64,000 bases of DNA from assembly GCA_963806155.1 (NCBI GenBank), contig CAWDXC010000009.1, positions 198,520 to 262,519 of the forward strand, read 5' to 3'. This DNA is from an uncultured Actinomycetes bacterium. Its GTDB lineage: Bacteria > Actinomycetota > Thermoleophilia > RBG-16-64-13. Under the pieces are notes generated by a model. The model was not told the DNA's origin. It ran no database searches and was given only the letters and a program-made list of their open reading frames with translations. This document shows, in pieces, positions 27,839 to 38,897 of this stretch; position 1 is the first letter of the stretch, and the number at the start of each line of letters is the position of its first letter. Made by a program: the position numbers and the translations under genes.

Positions 27839-30541
27839 TTGATGCCGGCGGAAAACGATCGTCGCGCAGAATTGCGCATCAAAGACAAGACGGTACTCAA
27901 GACCCTCGCCCAGTGCTCCTATGCGCAGGGGGGCGAACTGGCGTCAGTGGACGTGAAGGACGGCAAGATCGTCCGCATCCGCCCCCACCACCACACCGAA
28001 AGATACACCGAAGAAGAGCTGGGGCAGTACGAGCTCGAGAAGGACGGCGTGAAGTACAAGACGCCACCCAAAGGTCTCCTCGCCCCCTATCAGATCGCCT
28101 ACAAGAAACGGGTCTACTCTCCCAACCGCATCCTCTACCCGCTCAAGCGAGTCGACTGGGATCCCGATGGGGAGAGGAACACCCAGAACCGGGGCAAAAG
28201 CAAGTACGTCCGCATCTCCTGGGACGAGGCGACCACCACCATCGCCGACGAGATCAAGCGCATCCACAAGGAGTACGGGCCCTATGGGGTGCTCGCCCAC
28301 GGTGACGGCCACGGCGAGACGAAGACCGTGCACGGAGCCCACGCCGTGATGATGGACCTCCTCGAGCTCACCGGCGGCTTCACCCAGGCCATCCGCAACG
28401 CGGACAGCTGGGAGGGTTGGTTCTGGGGCACCAAGCACGTCTGGGGCAACGGGGAGAACGGCCTCGTCCTCCCCGCCGACAACATGATGAACGACGTCAC
28501 CCAGAACACCGACATGATCGTCCACATCGGGGCCGATCTGGAGACCACCCCCTGGGGATTCGCGGGCCAGTTCCCCTCGAACGTCCTTTACTTCTGGCAG
28601 AAGCTAGGTAAGAAGCAAGTCTTTGTCTCCCCCGATCTCAACTACTCGGGCGCCATCCATGCGAGCAAGTGGATCCCCATCCTTCCTAACACCGATGCTG
28701 CCCTGCATCTGGCCATAGCCCATACCTGGATGACCGAGGGCACCTATGACAAGGACTACGTCGCCACCCATGTGGTGGGGTTCGACAAGTTCGAGGACTA
28801 CGTGCTCGGCCGCGAAGACGGGATCCCCAAGACTCCCGAGTGGGCCTCGGCCAAGACCGATGTGCCCGAATGGACCATCAAGGCTCTTGCCCGGGAATGG
28901 GCGGCGCAACCGACCACGGTCATGCACTTCTACGGTGGCTCCTACATCCGTGGCCCCTACTCCCACGAACCGGCCCGGCTGGAAGCCTGCCTCCTCGGCA
29001 TGCAGGGGTTGGGCAAACCGGGCTGCCACCAGTACTACAAGATGGGCGGCGACGACCACTGGATGAACGACACGCCCCGCCCCCTGAAGACCATCCCCGA
29101 CATGCGCATGAGATTCGACCCCACCATCGCCAAGGGCAGCGCGGATGGGCAACAGGGGCCACCTAGCTGGAACATCTTCCCCGGCCAGAAACAGCTGGCG
29201 GTCTCCTCCAAGCAGATCATCCCCAAGACGCAACTGGCTCAGGCCATCCTCGAGGGAACCTGCTGGAGCTCCGGGAGCACCCAGCAGTTCATGCACCTGG
29301 AAGACCAGTTCAAGAGGTACGAGTATCCCATCCCGGCGGAAGAGGGCGGCACCGAGATCCACATGATCTGGATGGACAACCCCTGCCGCACCACCTGCTG
29401 GAACGACGGCTTCATGACGGTGGAGGCCTTCCGCAGCCCCAAGATCGAGACCATCGTGGTGCAGCACCTGTGGCTGGAGAACGACACCATCCTGGCCGAC
29501 CTCATCCTGCCCGTCAACACCAAGCTGGAGGAGGAAGACATCGGCCGTATGTCCGCCGGCGGACGCTCCGTGCACGGCATCCTGCTCGAGAACCAGGCCA
29601 TCGAACCCTTGGGCGAATCGCTCTCCGACTACCAAGCCGTGGGTGAGGTGGCCAAGAAGCTGGGCCTCTACGAGGAGTTCAGCGCGGGGATGACCATAAA
29701 GGAGAAGATCAAGGCGGGCTTCGACAACATGGACATCCACGATTTCGTCACCTGGGAAGATTTCCAGGACAAGCAGTACTTCATCATGCCCACCGATCCC
29801 GAGTGGGATAAGGTCCCGGCCGGTCTGCGCCAGTTCTACGAAGATCCCGAGAAGCATCCGCTGGAGACCCCCAGCGGCAAGCTCGAGTTCTACTCCCAGC
29901 GTCTGGCCGATCACTACCCCGACGACAAAGTGAGAGGCCCTCTGCCCAAGTGGATCGAGAAGGACGAGTTCCACGACGAGCGGGTCTCCAGCCCGCGGGC
30001 GCAGGAGTACCCGCTGCTGCTCGTGACCAACCACGGCCGCTGGCGGACCCATGCTCAGAACGACGACATCCCCTGGCAGCGGGAGATCATGACCTGCAAG
30101 GTCAGAGGTTGGGACGGTTATCTGTACGAGCCCATCTGGATCCATCCCACGGATGCCGAAGCGAGGGGCATCAAGGACGGCGACATCCTCAAGATGTTCA
30201 ACGAGAGAGGTACCGTCCTCGGCGGAGCCCTCGTCTGGGAGCGCATCATGCCTGGAGCCGTGTCCATGGACCACGGCTCCCGCGTCGACCTCATCAACGT
30301 CGGTCCGGACGGTTTCCTCGATCGCGGGGGGGCGAACAACCTCATCTCTCCCATCAACGGCATCTCCCCCAACTGCTGGGGTATGGCCACGAGCAGCTTC
30401 CTGGTGGAGGTGCAGAAGGTGAGCATGGCCGAGATGGAGGAATGGCGGGAGAAGTACCCCGAGGCCTTTGCGAGGAAATACGACCCGGCCTCGGGTCTGC
30501 GCTTCGAGGCCTGGGTGTTAGAGGAAGGAGAGGCCCTATGA
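27839..30541 (+). CDS. molybdopterin (bis-MGD) oxidoreductase large subunit, pyrogallol transhydroxylase / resorcinol hydroxylase-like, cytoplasmic (alpha1)
   Basis: 900 aa; no Tat motif and no N-terminal Cys cluster; conserved YERISWDEA-like, NADSWEGWFWG, LEDxxKH.., FxDP, MopB C-terminal domain; stop overlaps beta start (ATGA). Confidence 0.8.
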   Translation: MMPAENDRRAELRIKDKTVLKTLAQCSYAQGGELASVDVKDGKIVRIRPHHHTERYTEEELGQYELEKDGVKYKTPPKGLLAPYQIAYKKRVYSPNRILYPLKRVDWDPDGERNTQNRGKSKYVRISWDEATTTIADEIKRIHKEYGPYGVLAHGDGHGETKTVHGAHAVMMDLLELTGGFTQAIRNADSWEGWFWGTKHVWGNGENGLVLPADNMMNDVTQNTDMIVHIGADLETTPWGFAGQFPSNVLYFWQKLGKKQVFVSPDLNYSGAIHASKWIPILPNTDAALHLAIAHTWMTEGTYDKDYVATHVVGFDKFEDYVLGREDGIPKTPEWASAKTDVPEWTIKALAREWAAQPTTVMHFYGGSYIRGPYSHEPARLEACLLGMQGLGKPGCHQYYKMGGDDHWMNDTPRPLKTIPDMRMRFDPTIAKGSADGQQGPPSWNIFPGQKQLAVSSKQIIPKTQLAQAILEGTCWSSGSTQQFMHLEDQFKRYEYPIPAEEGGTEIHMIWMDNPCRTTCWNDGFMTVEAFRSPKIETIVVQHLWLENDTILADLILPVNTKLEEEDIGRMSAGGRSVHGILLENQAIEPLGESLSDYQAVGEVAKKLGLYEEFSAGMTIKEKIKAGFDNMDIHDFVTWEDFQDKQYFIMPTDPEWDKVPAGLRQFYEDPEKHPLETPSGKLEFYSQRLADHYPDDKVRGPLPKWIEKDEFHDERVSSPRAQEYPLLLVTNHGRWRTHAQNDDIPWQREIMTCKVRGWDGYLYEPIWIHPTDAEARGIKDGDILKMFNERGTVLGGALVWERIMPGAVSMDHGSRVDLINVGPDGFLDRGGANNLISPINGISPNCWGMATSSFLVEVQKVSMAEMEEWREKYPEAFARKYDPASGLRFEAWVLEEGEAL

Positions 30542-31344
30542 GCAAGGTTTTCGTGTTTGATACCGCCATCTGCAACGGCTGCTACTGCTGCCAGATCGCC
30601 TGCAAAGACGAGCACTGCGGCAACGACTGGACTCCCTACGCCAAGCCGCAGCCCGATACGGGCCAGTTCTGGCTCAAGCTCTCCGAGCATGTGCGCGGGA
30701 CCGTGCCCAAGGTGAAGATGCACTACCTGGCCTCGCTCTGCGCCCACTGCGACGAGGCCCCGTGCATGGCCGCCTGCTCGGTGGAAGGAGCCATCTACAA
30801 GCGCGCGGACGGGTTGGTCATCATCGATCCAGAGAGGTGCACAGGCTGCATGAGCTGCCTGGACGCGTGCCCCAGCGATTCCATCTACTTCAACGAAAAC
30901 CTCACCATCGCTCAGAAGTGCACGGGCTGCGCCCATCTGCTCGACGCCGGCTGGACCGAGCCCCGCTGCGTGGACGCCTGCCCGACTCTGGCCCTGAAGT
31001 ACATGGACGAGGATGAGGCAAAGGAACTGATCGCCGGGGCCGAGACCAGGAATCCGGCCCGAGACGAGCCTCGCCTCTACTACCTGAACATCCCCAAGAA
31101 GTTCGTCGGCGGAACGGTCTACGATCCCGTCGCGAAAGAGGTCGTGAAAGGAGCGACCTGTACCCTTACTGGTAACGGCAGCACCTGGACTGAGGCCACC
31201 GACGGCTTCGGGGACTTCTGGTTCGAGGGCCTCGTGGCGGGCGCATACTCTCTGGAGATAGCGGCCGCGGGCTTCCCGACCAAGCGATTCCCGGAGATAG
31301 CCGTCGAGAATGACGTCAACCTGGGAGACATCCCTTTGGCTTGA
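30538..31344 (+). CDS. 4Fe-4S ferredoxin-type beta subunit with C-terminal carboxypeptidase-regulatory/TTR-like beta-sandwich domain (beta1)
   Basis: CNGCYCCQIACKDEHCG, CxxCxxxPC, CTGCMSCLDACP, CTGCAHLLD...RCVDACP cluster motifs; C-term GTVYDP...GDFWFEGL...Y.LE; translationally coupled to alpha1. Confidence 0.8.
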   Translation: MSKVFVFDTAICNGCYCCQIACKDEHCGNDWTPYAKPQPDTGQFWLKLSEHVRGTVPKVKMHYLASLCAHCDEAPCMAACSVEGAIYKRADGLVIIDPERCTGCMSCLDACPSDSIYFNENLTIAQKCTGCAHLLDAGWTEPRCVDACPTLALKYMDEDEAKELIAGAETRNPARDEPRLYYLNIPKKFVGGTVYDPVAKEVVKGATCTLTGNGSTWTEATDGFGDFWFEGLVAGAYSLEIAAAGFPTKRFPEIAVENDVNLGDIPLA

Positions 31345-31407
31345 CGCGTGCTTAGGATTAAGCTTGATAGGTCGGCTGGCGGCCCCAGCGAGATAGAAGG
31401 AGCGAGA

Positions 31408-32439
31408 TTGATCCCGGTACTCACTATCCGAGATCTCGAGGAATCGAGCGGGGTTCCGCGGACCACGATCCACTACTATCTGAGCATAGGCCTGCTCCCC
31501 CGCCCCCAGAAGACCGCCCGTAGCCGGTCTCTCTACACCAGGGACCACCTCGACATACTGCGAGAGATCGTGGAGCTCAAGCAGGCCGGGCTCGCTCTGG
31601 AGGAGATCCAAGCACAGCTGCAGCATACGGTCGACCGGGCCAACAACGGCGAGGTTGATCTTGCCGCTCAAGAGCATCGGCGCGTGCACGATAGGATCCT
31701 GGCTCTGGCTGCCCAGGAACTGGTCGCAAAGGGTTATAGGAAGACGCATGTCACGACTATTGTGCGCAAGCTCGGCATCACCACAGCCGTCTTCTACAGC
31801 CATTTTCCGAGCAAGCGCGCGCTCCTCTCGGAATGCGTCAGCGCGCTTCTGGGCTGGGGCCTCGAGTTTGTAGATGCCAAAGAGGCCTCGACGGACGACC
31901 CGGCCGAGCGCTTGCTCTGGCTTGTCTTTGGGCATTCGCACGTGTTTCAACTCGGCTCGACCGCCATGGCCCTGACCCGCGTCGACGGCGTCCAGGACGA
32001 GAGCGACCCACAAAGGCCTATGGAGGCGCTCTTCAAAAACATCGTGGAGCACATCAAGGGGGACCTGGCATACGTGCCCAGCGAAGGCTCGAAGCCACCC
32101 GCGGTGCCGGACGAACTCGTGGCCCACAGCCTGTTCGGTGCATATGAGCAGACTGTATTCAGGTCATTCTCGGACAAGATGTACACCCGTGAGGATCTGC
32201 TATTGACTCACCTATGGCTGTTCTTGGCCGTGCAGGCTGCGCGAAGCGGCGAGATCGACGTCGATTCAAGACTGGATAGATACAGGGAACTGGTGTCACA
32301 GCTCGCCACCCAGATGCCGCCTCTTCCCCCGCTCTTGCAGAATGAGAGCACCCATGACCGAGGCGGGGGGACGACGGCCGATCGGATGACTGCTGATGGT
32401 TTATCCCCGATCACTACGCAAGCTGACTCAATGACTTGA
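31408..32439 (+). CDS. MerR-HTH / TetR-like fusion transcriptional regulator, paralog 2
   Basis: TTG start with AAGGAG SD 6 nt upstream; LTIRDLEESSGVPRTTIHYYLSIGLLP MerR HTH plus TetR-like domain; ~55% identical to paralog 1. Confidence 0.7.
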   Translation: MIPVLTIRDLEESSGVPRTTIHYYLSIGLLPRPQKTARSRSLYTRDHLDILREIVELKQAGLALEEIQAQLQHTVDRANNGEVDLAAQEHRRVHDRILALAAQELVAKGYRKTHVTTIVRKLGITTAVFYSHFPSKRALLSECVSALLGWGLEFVDAKEASTDDPAERLLWLVFGHSHVFQLGSTAMALTRVDGVQDESDPQRPMEALFKNIVEHIKGDLAYVPSEGSKPPAVPDELVAHSLFGAYEQTVFRSFSDKMYTREDLLLTHLWLFLAVQAARSGEIDVDSRLDRYRELVSQLATQMPPLPPLLQNESTHDRGGGTTADRMTADGLSPITTQADSMT

Positions 32440-32624
32440 GACCGCTTTCTAAACATGTTAGCGTATGGTCTGGTCTTCTAAGGGCGGGACGGGAAGTACC
32501 GTTCGAAGGTCGTGAAGGGGGGTAGTCGACAAGAGAAGTGATCCTCGATCAGGCGTGTTCTTAGGCTCTTCAACCAAAGGATGCTTCAGCAACTGCATGT
32601 GCGACCTGTGAAACGGAGGGGGAC

Positions 32625-34121
32625 ATGAGCGAGGCGAACGAAACTCACGAAGACCGCAGCCGGGAAGAACAAGAGGAGAAGAGGCCGGCGAGACCGGTCA
32701 GCCGGCGTGATTTCCTGAAGATCGCCGGAATCGCCGGAGCGGCTGTGGGGGCCGGCGCCGGCCTGGGCGGCCTACTCGCCGCCTGCGGCGAAGAAGAAAC
32801 GACCACGACGACCGCGGGCGAGACGACCACCACCACGACCGCCGCCACCACAACGACCGCCGCCGCCGCGACGACCACCGTCAGCACTGCGGCAGAGACC
32901 GGCCGCGAGCTCAAGCTCGGTTTTGTTACGCCGACAACCGGGGCCCTGGCCTCCTTCGGCGTGCCCGACGGATACTGCGTCGAACGGGCGAAAGAGGTGA
33001 TCGCGGACGGGATCGTATGCGGTGACGGACTGAAGCACCCTGTCACAATCAAGGTCGTTGACAGCCAGTCAGACCCCAACCGGGCGGCACAGGTAGCAGG
33101 CGACCTCATCCTAAACGACAAGGTGGATATTATCCTCGTAGCCTCCGCACCCGACAACGTCGTGCCGGTGTCCGGTCAGGCTGAAGCGCTCGGGACACCG
33201 TGCCTCTCCTGCGACGCCCCCTGGCAGAGCTATATGGAGCCTCGGACCGGAGGCGACCTGACGGCGGTGTTCAAGTGGACCTATCACGTCTTCTTTGGTG
33301 GGGAGGACAGCTTCGACATCATGGCCGACGTGTTTCACCGGTTGCCGACCAACAACGTCCTGGCTTTGCTGTATTCCAACAGCTCCGACGGCAACGCCGT
33401 ACATGATCTCGAACTGCCGGTGCTCGAGGAGATGGGCTTCACCGTTGTCGATGGTAGTGGTTTTTCGGAAGGCACCGAAGACTTCACCTCGATAATCAGC
33501 ATGTTCAAGAAGGCGGGGGCCGAGCTGGGGCACGGTCTGCTTTCTCCCCCGGACTTCATCAACTTCTGGAAGCAATCGATCCAGCAGTCCTGGCTGCCAA
33601 AAACGTCCATATGGGGCAAAGCCCTACTTTTCCCCCAGTCCATGGAAGCGATCGGCCCCATCGGCTACGGTCTCTGTGCGGACCAGTGGTGGGGAGCGGA
33701 CTGGCCCTACAAGTCGGCTCTACTTGGAGAGACCTGCCGGCAGTTCGCAGATGACTATGAGGCCCGGACCGATTCGCAGTGGACACAGCCCGTGGCTCAC
33801 TTCATGCTCTTCGAGTGGGCCTATGACGTACTCAGTCGAACGGCCAGCGTGGATGACAAGGACGCGATCATGACGGCGGTCAAGAGCACCAAGCTTGAGA
33901 CCATTCTCGGCACCGTCGATTTTTCAGCGCCGGTGGAGCCGGTCGGACCGCCCTGGGCCGCGGGTCCACGGCACGTCGTGGAGAACGTCTACAAGATCAA
34001 CCATCCTGCCGGCCAGTGGATCAAGGGCACGAAGTGGCCCTTCGATTTGGTTACCGTCAGCAATGCCGGGTGTCCCGCCATTCCCGTGGCAGCCGAGCTA
34101 CAGCCCTATACCGTGAGCTGA
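32625..34121 (+). CDS. ABC transporter substrate-binding lipoprotein, PBP1 family, paralog 3
   Basis: GGAGGGGGAC SD; RRDFLKIAGIAGAAVGAGAGLGGLLAACG lipobox; Thr-rich linker. Confidence 0.85.
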   Translation: MSEANETHEDRSREEQEEKRPARPVSRRDFLKIAGIAGAAVGAGAGLGGLLAACGEEETTTTTAGETTTTTTAATTTTAAAATTTVSTAAETGRELKLGFVTPTTGALASFGVPDGYCVERAKEVIADGIVCGDGLKHPVTIKVVDSQSDPNRAAQVAGDLILNDKVDIILVASAPDNVVPVSGQAEALGTPCLSCDAPWQSYMEPRTGGDLTAVFKWTYHVFFGGEDSFDIMADVFHRLPTNNVLALLYSNSSDGNAVHDLELPVLEEMGFTVVDGSGFSEGTEDFTSIISMFKKAGAELGHGLLSPPDFINFWKQSIQQSWLPKTSIWGKALLFPQSMEAIGPIGYGLCADQWWGADWPYKSALLGETCRQFADDYEARTDSQWTQPVAHFMLFEWAYDVLSRTASVDDKDAIMTAVKSTKLETILGTVDFSAPVEPVGPPWAAGPRHVVENVYKINHPAGQWIKGTKWPFDLVTVSNAGCPAIPVAAELQPYTVS

Positions 34122-34135
34122 GCCGCAGACGACCT

Positions 34136-34174
34136 GGGCGGCGGTGCGCCTCGCGCCGCCGCCCAGTGTGTTTG
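34136..34174 (+). terminator. putative intrinsic terminator (GGGCGGCGG stem / CCGCCGCCC, then GTGTGTTTG)
   Basis: GC-rich hairpin 15 bp after the SBP stop, weak U-tract. Confidence 0.35.
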
Positions 34175-34216
34175 AATCCTTCGAGGAAGTAACGACCGAG
34201 AAGCATCCGTTCCAAC

Positions 34217-35689
34217 CTACTGGAAGCAGAGCTTCCCAGGGTTCATCACGTTGTTCGGGTCGAAGATCCCCTTCACCTTTCGGAGCGCCATCGTGGTACC
34301 AGCGTCTCTCCTATAGGCCATGTCCGCCCAGGGGCCGTAAGGCCGGGAGAAGAAGGCCCCCCTATTCGCCAGAGCGCCGGCGGCGGCGTCCACCAAAGTC
34401 TTCACGGTCTCCTTCTCGGCGAGGTTGTCCTTGTCGAAGAAAAGATTGAACTCGCAGTGGTAATTGACTCCCTGGACCGCCGGCTGGAGATAGATGCCCA
34501 TGTCTGCGACGTCGTACTCAGACTCCATCGCGACGGTCTTCATGGTGTCTATGAGTTCTGGGAGCTTCTCGTGGACCGTTATGAAGAAGATGTCCGCGCA
34601 GCCACTCTTCGCATCGGCTTTCCAATACCCATCCGCAGAGGGCTCGTGCAGCAGGCTCATCAGCTCGAACGCGGAGATCGTGCCCACAGACCTGAGCGGC
34701 TCCACTCTGATGGACTGCGCGATGGTGGAGATGTCCTTCTGGACGTAGCTTATGCGGTCCTCTGGGAAATAGCGGATGCCGGAGATCGTGTAGAACAGTA
34801 TCCAGTTGGGAAGCCCGAATCTCAGCTTCTCGTAGTCGCCAGACCCATCCCGAGTCATCATCCGAGCCAGGTTGGAATCGTTCAGCAGCAGACAGTCGTC
34901 AGCCAAGCGATTGCGGATGAGCCAGTACGCGAACTCCAACAGACTGCCCAGCTTGTCCGAGCCGACCAGATAAGGTTCCTCGATACTGGGCAGATGCTCG
35001 CATCTGACCGTGGCCCAGGTCACGATGCCCATCGTGCCTTGACCGCCCTGGATGAGCCTCAAGAAACCAGCCTGCATAGGGCCTGCAGCCTCGTTTTGGG
35101 CAGCCCCGGCCGCCCACTGCTCCTCCAGAGTGCCGGGGCCGGCGGCCGACCCAGTCCTAAAGACCTCCCCCGAGCCATAGATCACTTCTGTGCAGGCCAT
35201 CGGGTCGGAGGTGTCCCAGTGGTATTTGGGCATGATCACCGGCTCCCGCTCCAGGAGGCTTCCGACTACCGATTTTGTGGCGCGCGGCAGAAGGGGCAGG
35301 TTCAGGCGAAGTCCGGCTTCACGCGCAGCAGGGATCAAGTCGCGGAAGGTGACTCCCGGCTCGACCATAGCGATGCGGTGCTCGAGGTCGAGCCTCACGA
35401 TCCTGTTCATCCCGCTCAAGTCGACGATGACCGCTCCCCCGACACTGGGGACGGTGTCGCCCCGGAAGTGGGGCCCCCCAGAGCTGACGGGGATCAGCGG
35501 AGTGGCCGAAGTATTGGCCCATTGGACTATCTTCTGTATCTCCCCCGCATCTTTGGGTCTCACCACACAGCGAGGCGTGATGGGATGGACGAAACTCTCG
35601 TCCGACGCGTATCCACTGAGGACCGCCGGTGCGTCGGTCACGTTGTCCGCACCGACTATGTTGGCTAATTCTGTCTTCTCTGACATCAC
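34217..35689 (-). CDS. FAD-binding oxidoreductase, GlcD-like (type B paralog)
   Basis: ~60% identical to 24606..26072 product. Confidence 0.8.
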   Translation of the reverse strand: MMSEKTELANIVGADNVTDAPAVLSGYASDESFVHPITPRCVVRPKDAGEIQKIVQWANTSATPLIPVSSGGPHFRGDTVPSVGGAVIVDLSGMNRIVRLDLEHRIAMVEPGVTFRDLIPAAREAGLRLNLPLLPRATKSVVGSLLEREPVIMPKYHWDTSDPMACTEVIYGSGEVFRTGSAAGPGTLEEQWAAGAAQNEAAGPMQAGFLRLIQGGQGTMGIVTWATVRCEHLPSIEEPYLVGSDKLGSLLEFAYWLIRNRLADDCLLLNDSNLARMMTRDGSGDYEKLRFGLPNWILFYTISGIRYFPEDRISYVQKDISTIAQSIRVEPLRSVGTISAFELMSLLHEPSADGYWKADAKSGCADIFFITVHEKLPELIDTMKTVAMESEYDVADMGIYLQPAVQGVNYHCEFNLFFDKDNLAEKETVKTLVDAAAGALANRGAFFSRPYGPWADMAYRRDAGTTMALRKVKGIFDPNNVMNPGKLCFQ

Positions 35690-35732
35690 ACACCCCGTTC
35701 AGTATGGTTCGCCCTGGCTTTCATCGAGCGGT

Positions 35733-37298
35733 TCAGTCCTTGGCCGAGATGTACATCGCAGGTTCGGAGACCCCGTTGGGGTCGAAAGTCTTCTTGATCT
35801 TCCGCAACCACAGATGGTAGTCGCCCAAGTGGGGACCCCACTTGTCGTGCGCGCGGTCGCCCCACACCGTCACTGGAGCCGTGTAGCATCTCGCGATGCC
35901 CAGGTCTTCGCACGTGTCGGAGAATTCCATGAGGTCTCTCCAGCCCTCCCCCGTCGGGTGGGTCATGACGAGTTGTTCCGCGTGGCCGGTGTGGCCGTTC
36001 TCGTAGACCATCCCTATGACGCAGTCGAAACCGTCGTCCGCCCTGACGGTGCCCTTGGCCTGCAGCGCCTTCTTGAGCTCCATGCATTCCAGCATGAACT
36101 TGGTGGACGTCTGGAACATGGCAGAGTCACCGATCAGACCGTGGAACCTGCCTGTCGCTCGGAATCCCTCCCTGACGCCCCCGCTGAACCTGGTCTCGCA
36201 CCAGAGGATCTCCCGCTTGACCTCAGGCTTCTCGATATGGCTCAAGAACACGCCGCCGGTCTCCTCCAGAATCTGGGCCAGGACCTTCTGCCTATAGCGA
36301 AACTCTGGGATGGTGGCACCTGAAATGATCACTAGGAACCCAGGACGTCCGTTGGACTCCTCTTGCATCTGCCTGAGCAGGACGTCTGCTTCGCTGCCGG
36401 TACCGGTGAAGGCCTCGGCCATCATCGGCAGGGGCAGGCGGAAGATCATGGTGGCTATCTCGCTCTCCCCCATCTTGATCGCGGCTTCGATCAGCTTCTC
36501 CCAGTCGGGGAAGAGGGGATGGTGGATCTCGAAGTTCGGCGGCATCTCTTTGAGGCTGTAGCTCGGAGAAACACCCTCCAGTTCGGGCTCCGGCGGACCA
36601 TAGTACGGGTACAGCTTGAGCCCGGCCTTGGTGAAGATCCCCAGACCGCCCATGACCGCCTGAGTGCCTCGTATGACTCCTCGCAGGGAGGGGCCGGGGC
36701 CGTCGCCGCAGAACCAGCCGGCGCCGGCTCCTGACGATCCGAACTTGAGCAGCTCGCCGTCGGGAGTCACCCATTCCACAGCCAGGGTGTTGCGGTCTCC
36801 GCAGCTGGTGCTCACGCCGCCGGACCCGGTGCCCTGGTGGGCCGTGATGGGCATGGCGCTGGTATTGCACCCGGCCCCGATCATATGGAGGTTGAGACCT
36901 TTCTTCATGGCCTCGGCCTGCAGGAGGGCACAGGTGACGTAGGGTTCCACGACTGCATACATGCTCTTCTCGTTCAACTCGATGATACGGTTGAAGCGGC
37001 GCATGTCCACATGGATGGCGTCGTCATCGAGACCGAGCGCGCTGTAGAAGCCCCAGCCGTTGCTGATGGCCTTGTACCTGACCTTGTACTTGTTGCAGGC
37101 TCTGACTATCGCCTGCACTTCCTCGGTCCTCCCCGGCATGAGAATGGCTCCGGATCTCGGGAGAAAGGGAGTGCCCGTAGATATCTCCGCGCCCCATTCG
37201 AACGCATAGGAGTCGAGTACGGCCGGTTCCTCAGAGATGTAGTCCGGTCCTACGATCTCCTCGAGGGCCTTGTATGCGTCCCTACTGTTTAGAGCCAT
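35733..37298 (-). CDS. FAD-binding oxidoreductase, PCMH/VAO-type (type A paralog, intact)
   Basis: 521 aa, ~55% identical to 21768..23318 product. Confidence 0.8.
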   Translation of the reverse strand: MALNSRDAYKALEEIVGPDYISEEPAVLDSYAFEWGAEISTGTPFLPRSGAILMPGRTEEVQAIVRACNKYKVRYKAISNGWGFYSALGLDDDAIHVDMRRFNRIIELNEKSMYAVVEPYVTCALLQAEAMKKGLNLHMIGAGCNTSAMPITAHQGTGSGGVSTSCGDRNTLAVEWVTPDGELLKFGSSGAGAGWFCGDGPGPSLRGVIRGTQAVMGGLGIFTKAGLKLYPYYGPPEPELEGVSPSYSLKEMPPNFEIHHPLFPDWEKLIEAAIKMGESEIATMIFRLPLPMMAEAFTGTGSEADVLLRQMQEESNGRPGFLVIISGATIPEFRYRQKVLAQILEETGGVFLSHIEKPEVKREILWCETRFSGGVREGFRATGRFHGLIGDSAMFQTSTKFMLECMELKKALQAKGTVRADDGFDCVIGMVYENGHTGHAEQLVMTHPTGEGWRDLMEFSDTCEDLGIARCYTAPVTVWGDRAHDKWGPHLGDYHLWLRKIKKTFDPNGVSEPAMYISAKD

Positions 37299-37311
37299 CG
37301 GGCGTATCCCC

Positions 37312-38897
37312 TCAATCCTTGGCCGAGATGTACATCGCTGCCTCGGAGACGCCGTTGGGATCGAAGGTCTTCTTGATCTGGCGTAGCCACAGATGGTAGT
37401 CGCAGAGATGCGGACCCCATTTGTCGTGCGCGCGATCGCCCCAAACGGTCACCGGCGCCGTGTAGCGTCCTTTGATGGCTAGGTCCTCGCATCTGTCGGT
37501 GAATTCCATGAGGTCTCGCCAACCGGCCCCGGTCGGGTGGGTCATGACGAGCTGTTCCGCGTGACCTGTGTGCCCGTTCTCGTAGACCATCCCGATTACG
37601 CAGTCCGGACCGTCATCGGCCCTGATGTTGCCTCGAGCCTGGTACTCCTTCTTGAGTCTCCATGCATTCCAGCATCAGTCTGGTGGAGGTCTGGAACATG
37701 GCGGAGTCGCCGATCGAGCCCAGGAACCTCCCCACCGCCCGGAATGCTTCTCTCACAGCGCCGCTGAACCTGGTCTCCGACCAGAGAATCTCCCTCTTGA
37801 CCTCGGGCTTCTCGATGTGGCTCAAGAGCACGCCGCCCGTCTCCTCCAGGATCTGGGCGAGGACCTTCTTCCTGTACTCGAACTCCGGCATGGTGGCGCC
37901 GGAGATCATCACCAGGAAGCCGGGGCGGCCGGCGGACTCCTCCTGCATCTGCCGGAACAGCACCTCCGCGTCACTGCCGGTGCCGGTGAAGGCCTCGGCC
38001 ATCATCGGCAGGGGCAGCCGGAAGATCATGGTCGCTATCTCACTCTCCCCCATCTTGATGGCGGCTTCGATCAGCTTGTCCCAATCGGGGAAGAGGGGAT
38101 GGTGGATATCGAAGTTCGGCGGCATCTCCTTGTACGAGTAGGAGGGCGAAACACCCTCCAACTCCGGCTCGGGCGGGCCGTAGTAGGGGTATAGCTTCAC
38201 CCCAGCTTTGGTGAAGATCCCCAGGCCGCCCATCACACCCTGAGGACCGTGTATCAGTCCTCGTAGGGAGGGGCCCGGACCGTCGCCGCAGAACCAGCCG
38301 GCGCCGGCTCCCGACGGAACCGAACTTGAGCAGCTCGCCGTCGGGAGTCACCCATTCCACCGCCAGGGTGTTGCGGTCTCCGCAGCTGGTGCTCACGCCG
38401 CCGGACCCGGTACCCTGATGAGCCGTGATGGGCATGGCGCAGGTGTTGCTACCCGCTCCGATCATGTGCACGTTCAGGCCTATCTTCATCGCTTCGGCCT
38501 GGAGTATGGCGCAGGTGACATAGGGTTCCACGACGGCGTACATGCTCTTCTCGTTCAGTTCGAGGATGCGGTTGAACCTCCGCATATCCACGTGGATGGC
38601 ATCGTCGTCCAGGCCGAGCGCGCTGTAGAAGCCCCAGCCGTTGCTGATCGCCTTGTATCTGACGTTGTATTTGTTGCAGGCTTTGACGAGCGCCTGCACT
38701 TCCTCCGTAGTGCCCGGGAGCACGATGGCGCCCGACCTGGGAAGGAACGGTGTGTCGGTGAAGAGTTCTGCGCCCCACTGGAACGCATAGGAGTCCAGTA
38801 CGGCCGGTTCCTCAGAGATGTAGTCTGGCCCGACAATCTCCTCGAAAGCCTTGTAAGCGTTCCTGTTGTTCAGAGCCACCGCCGGCATCTCCTTCAA
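37312..38897 (-). pseudogene. tandem duplicate of the 35733..37298 FAD oxidase, two 1-bp insertions (frameshifts)
   Basis: three ORF pieces (38040..38897, 37613..38236, 37312..37590) ~90% identical to the intact upstream copy; DNA alignment shows extra bases near 38290 and 37670. Confidence 0.7.
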
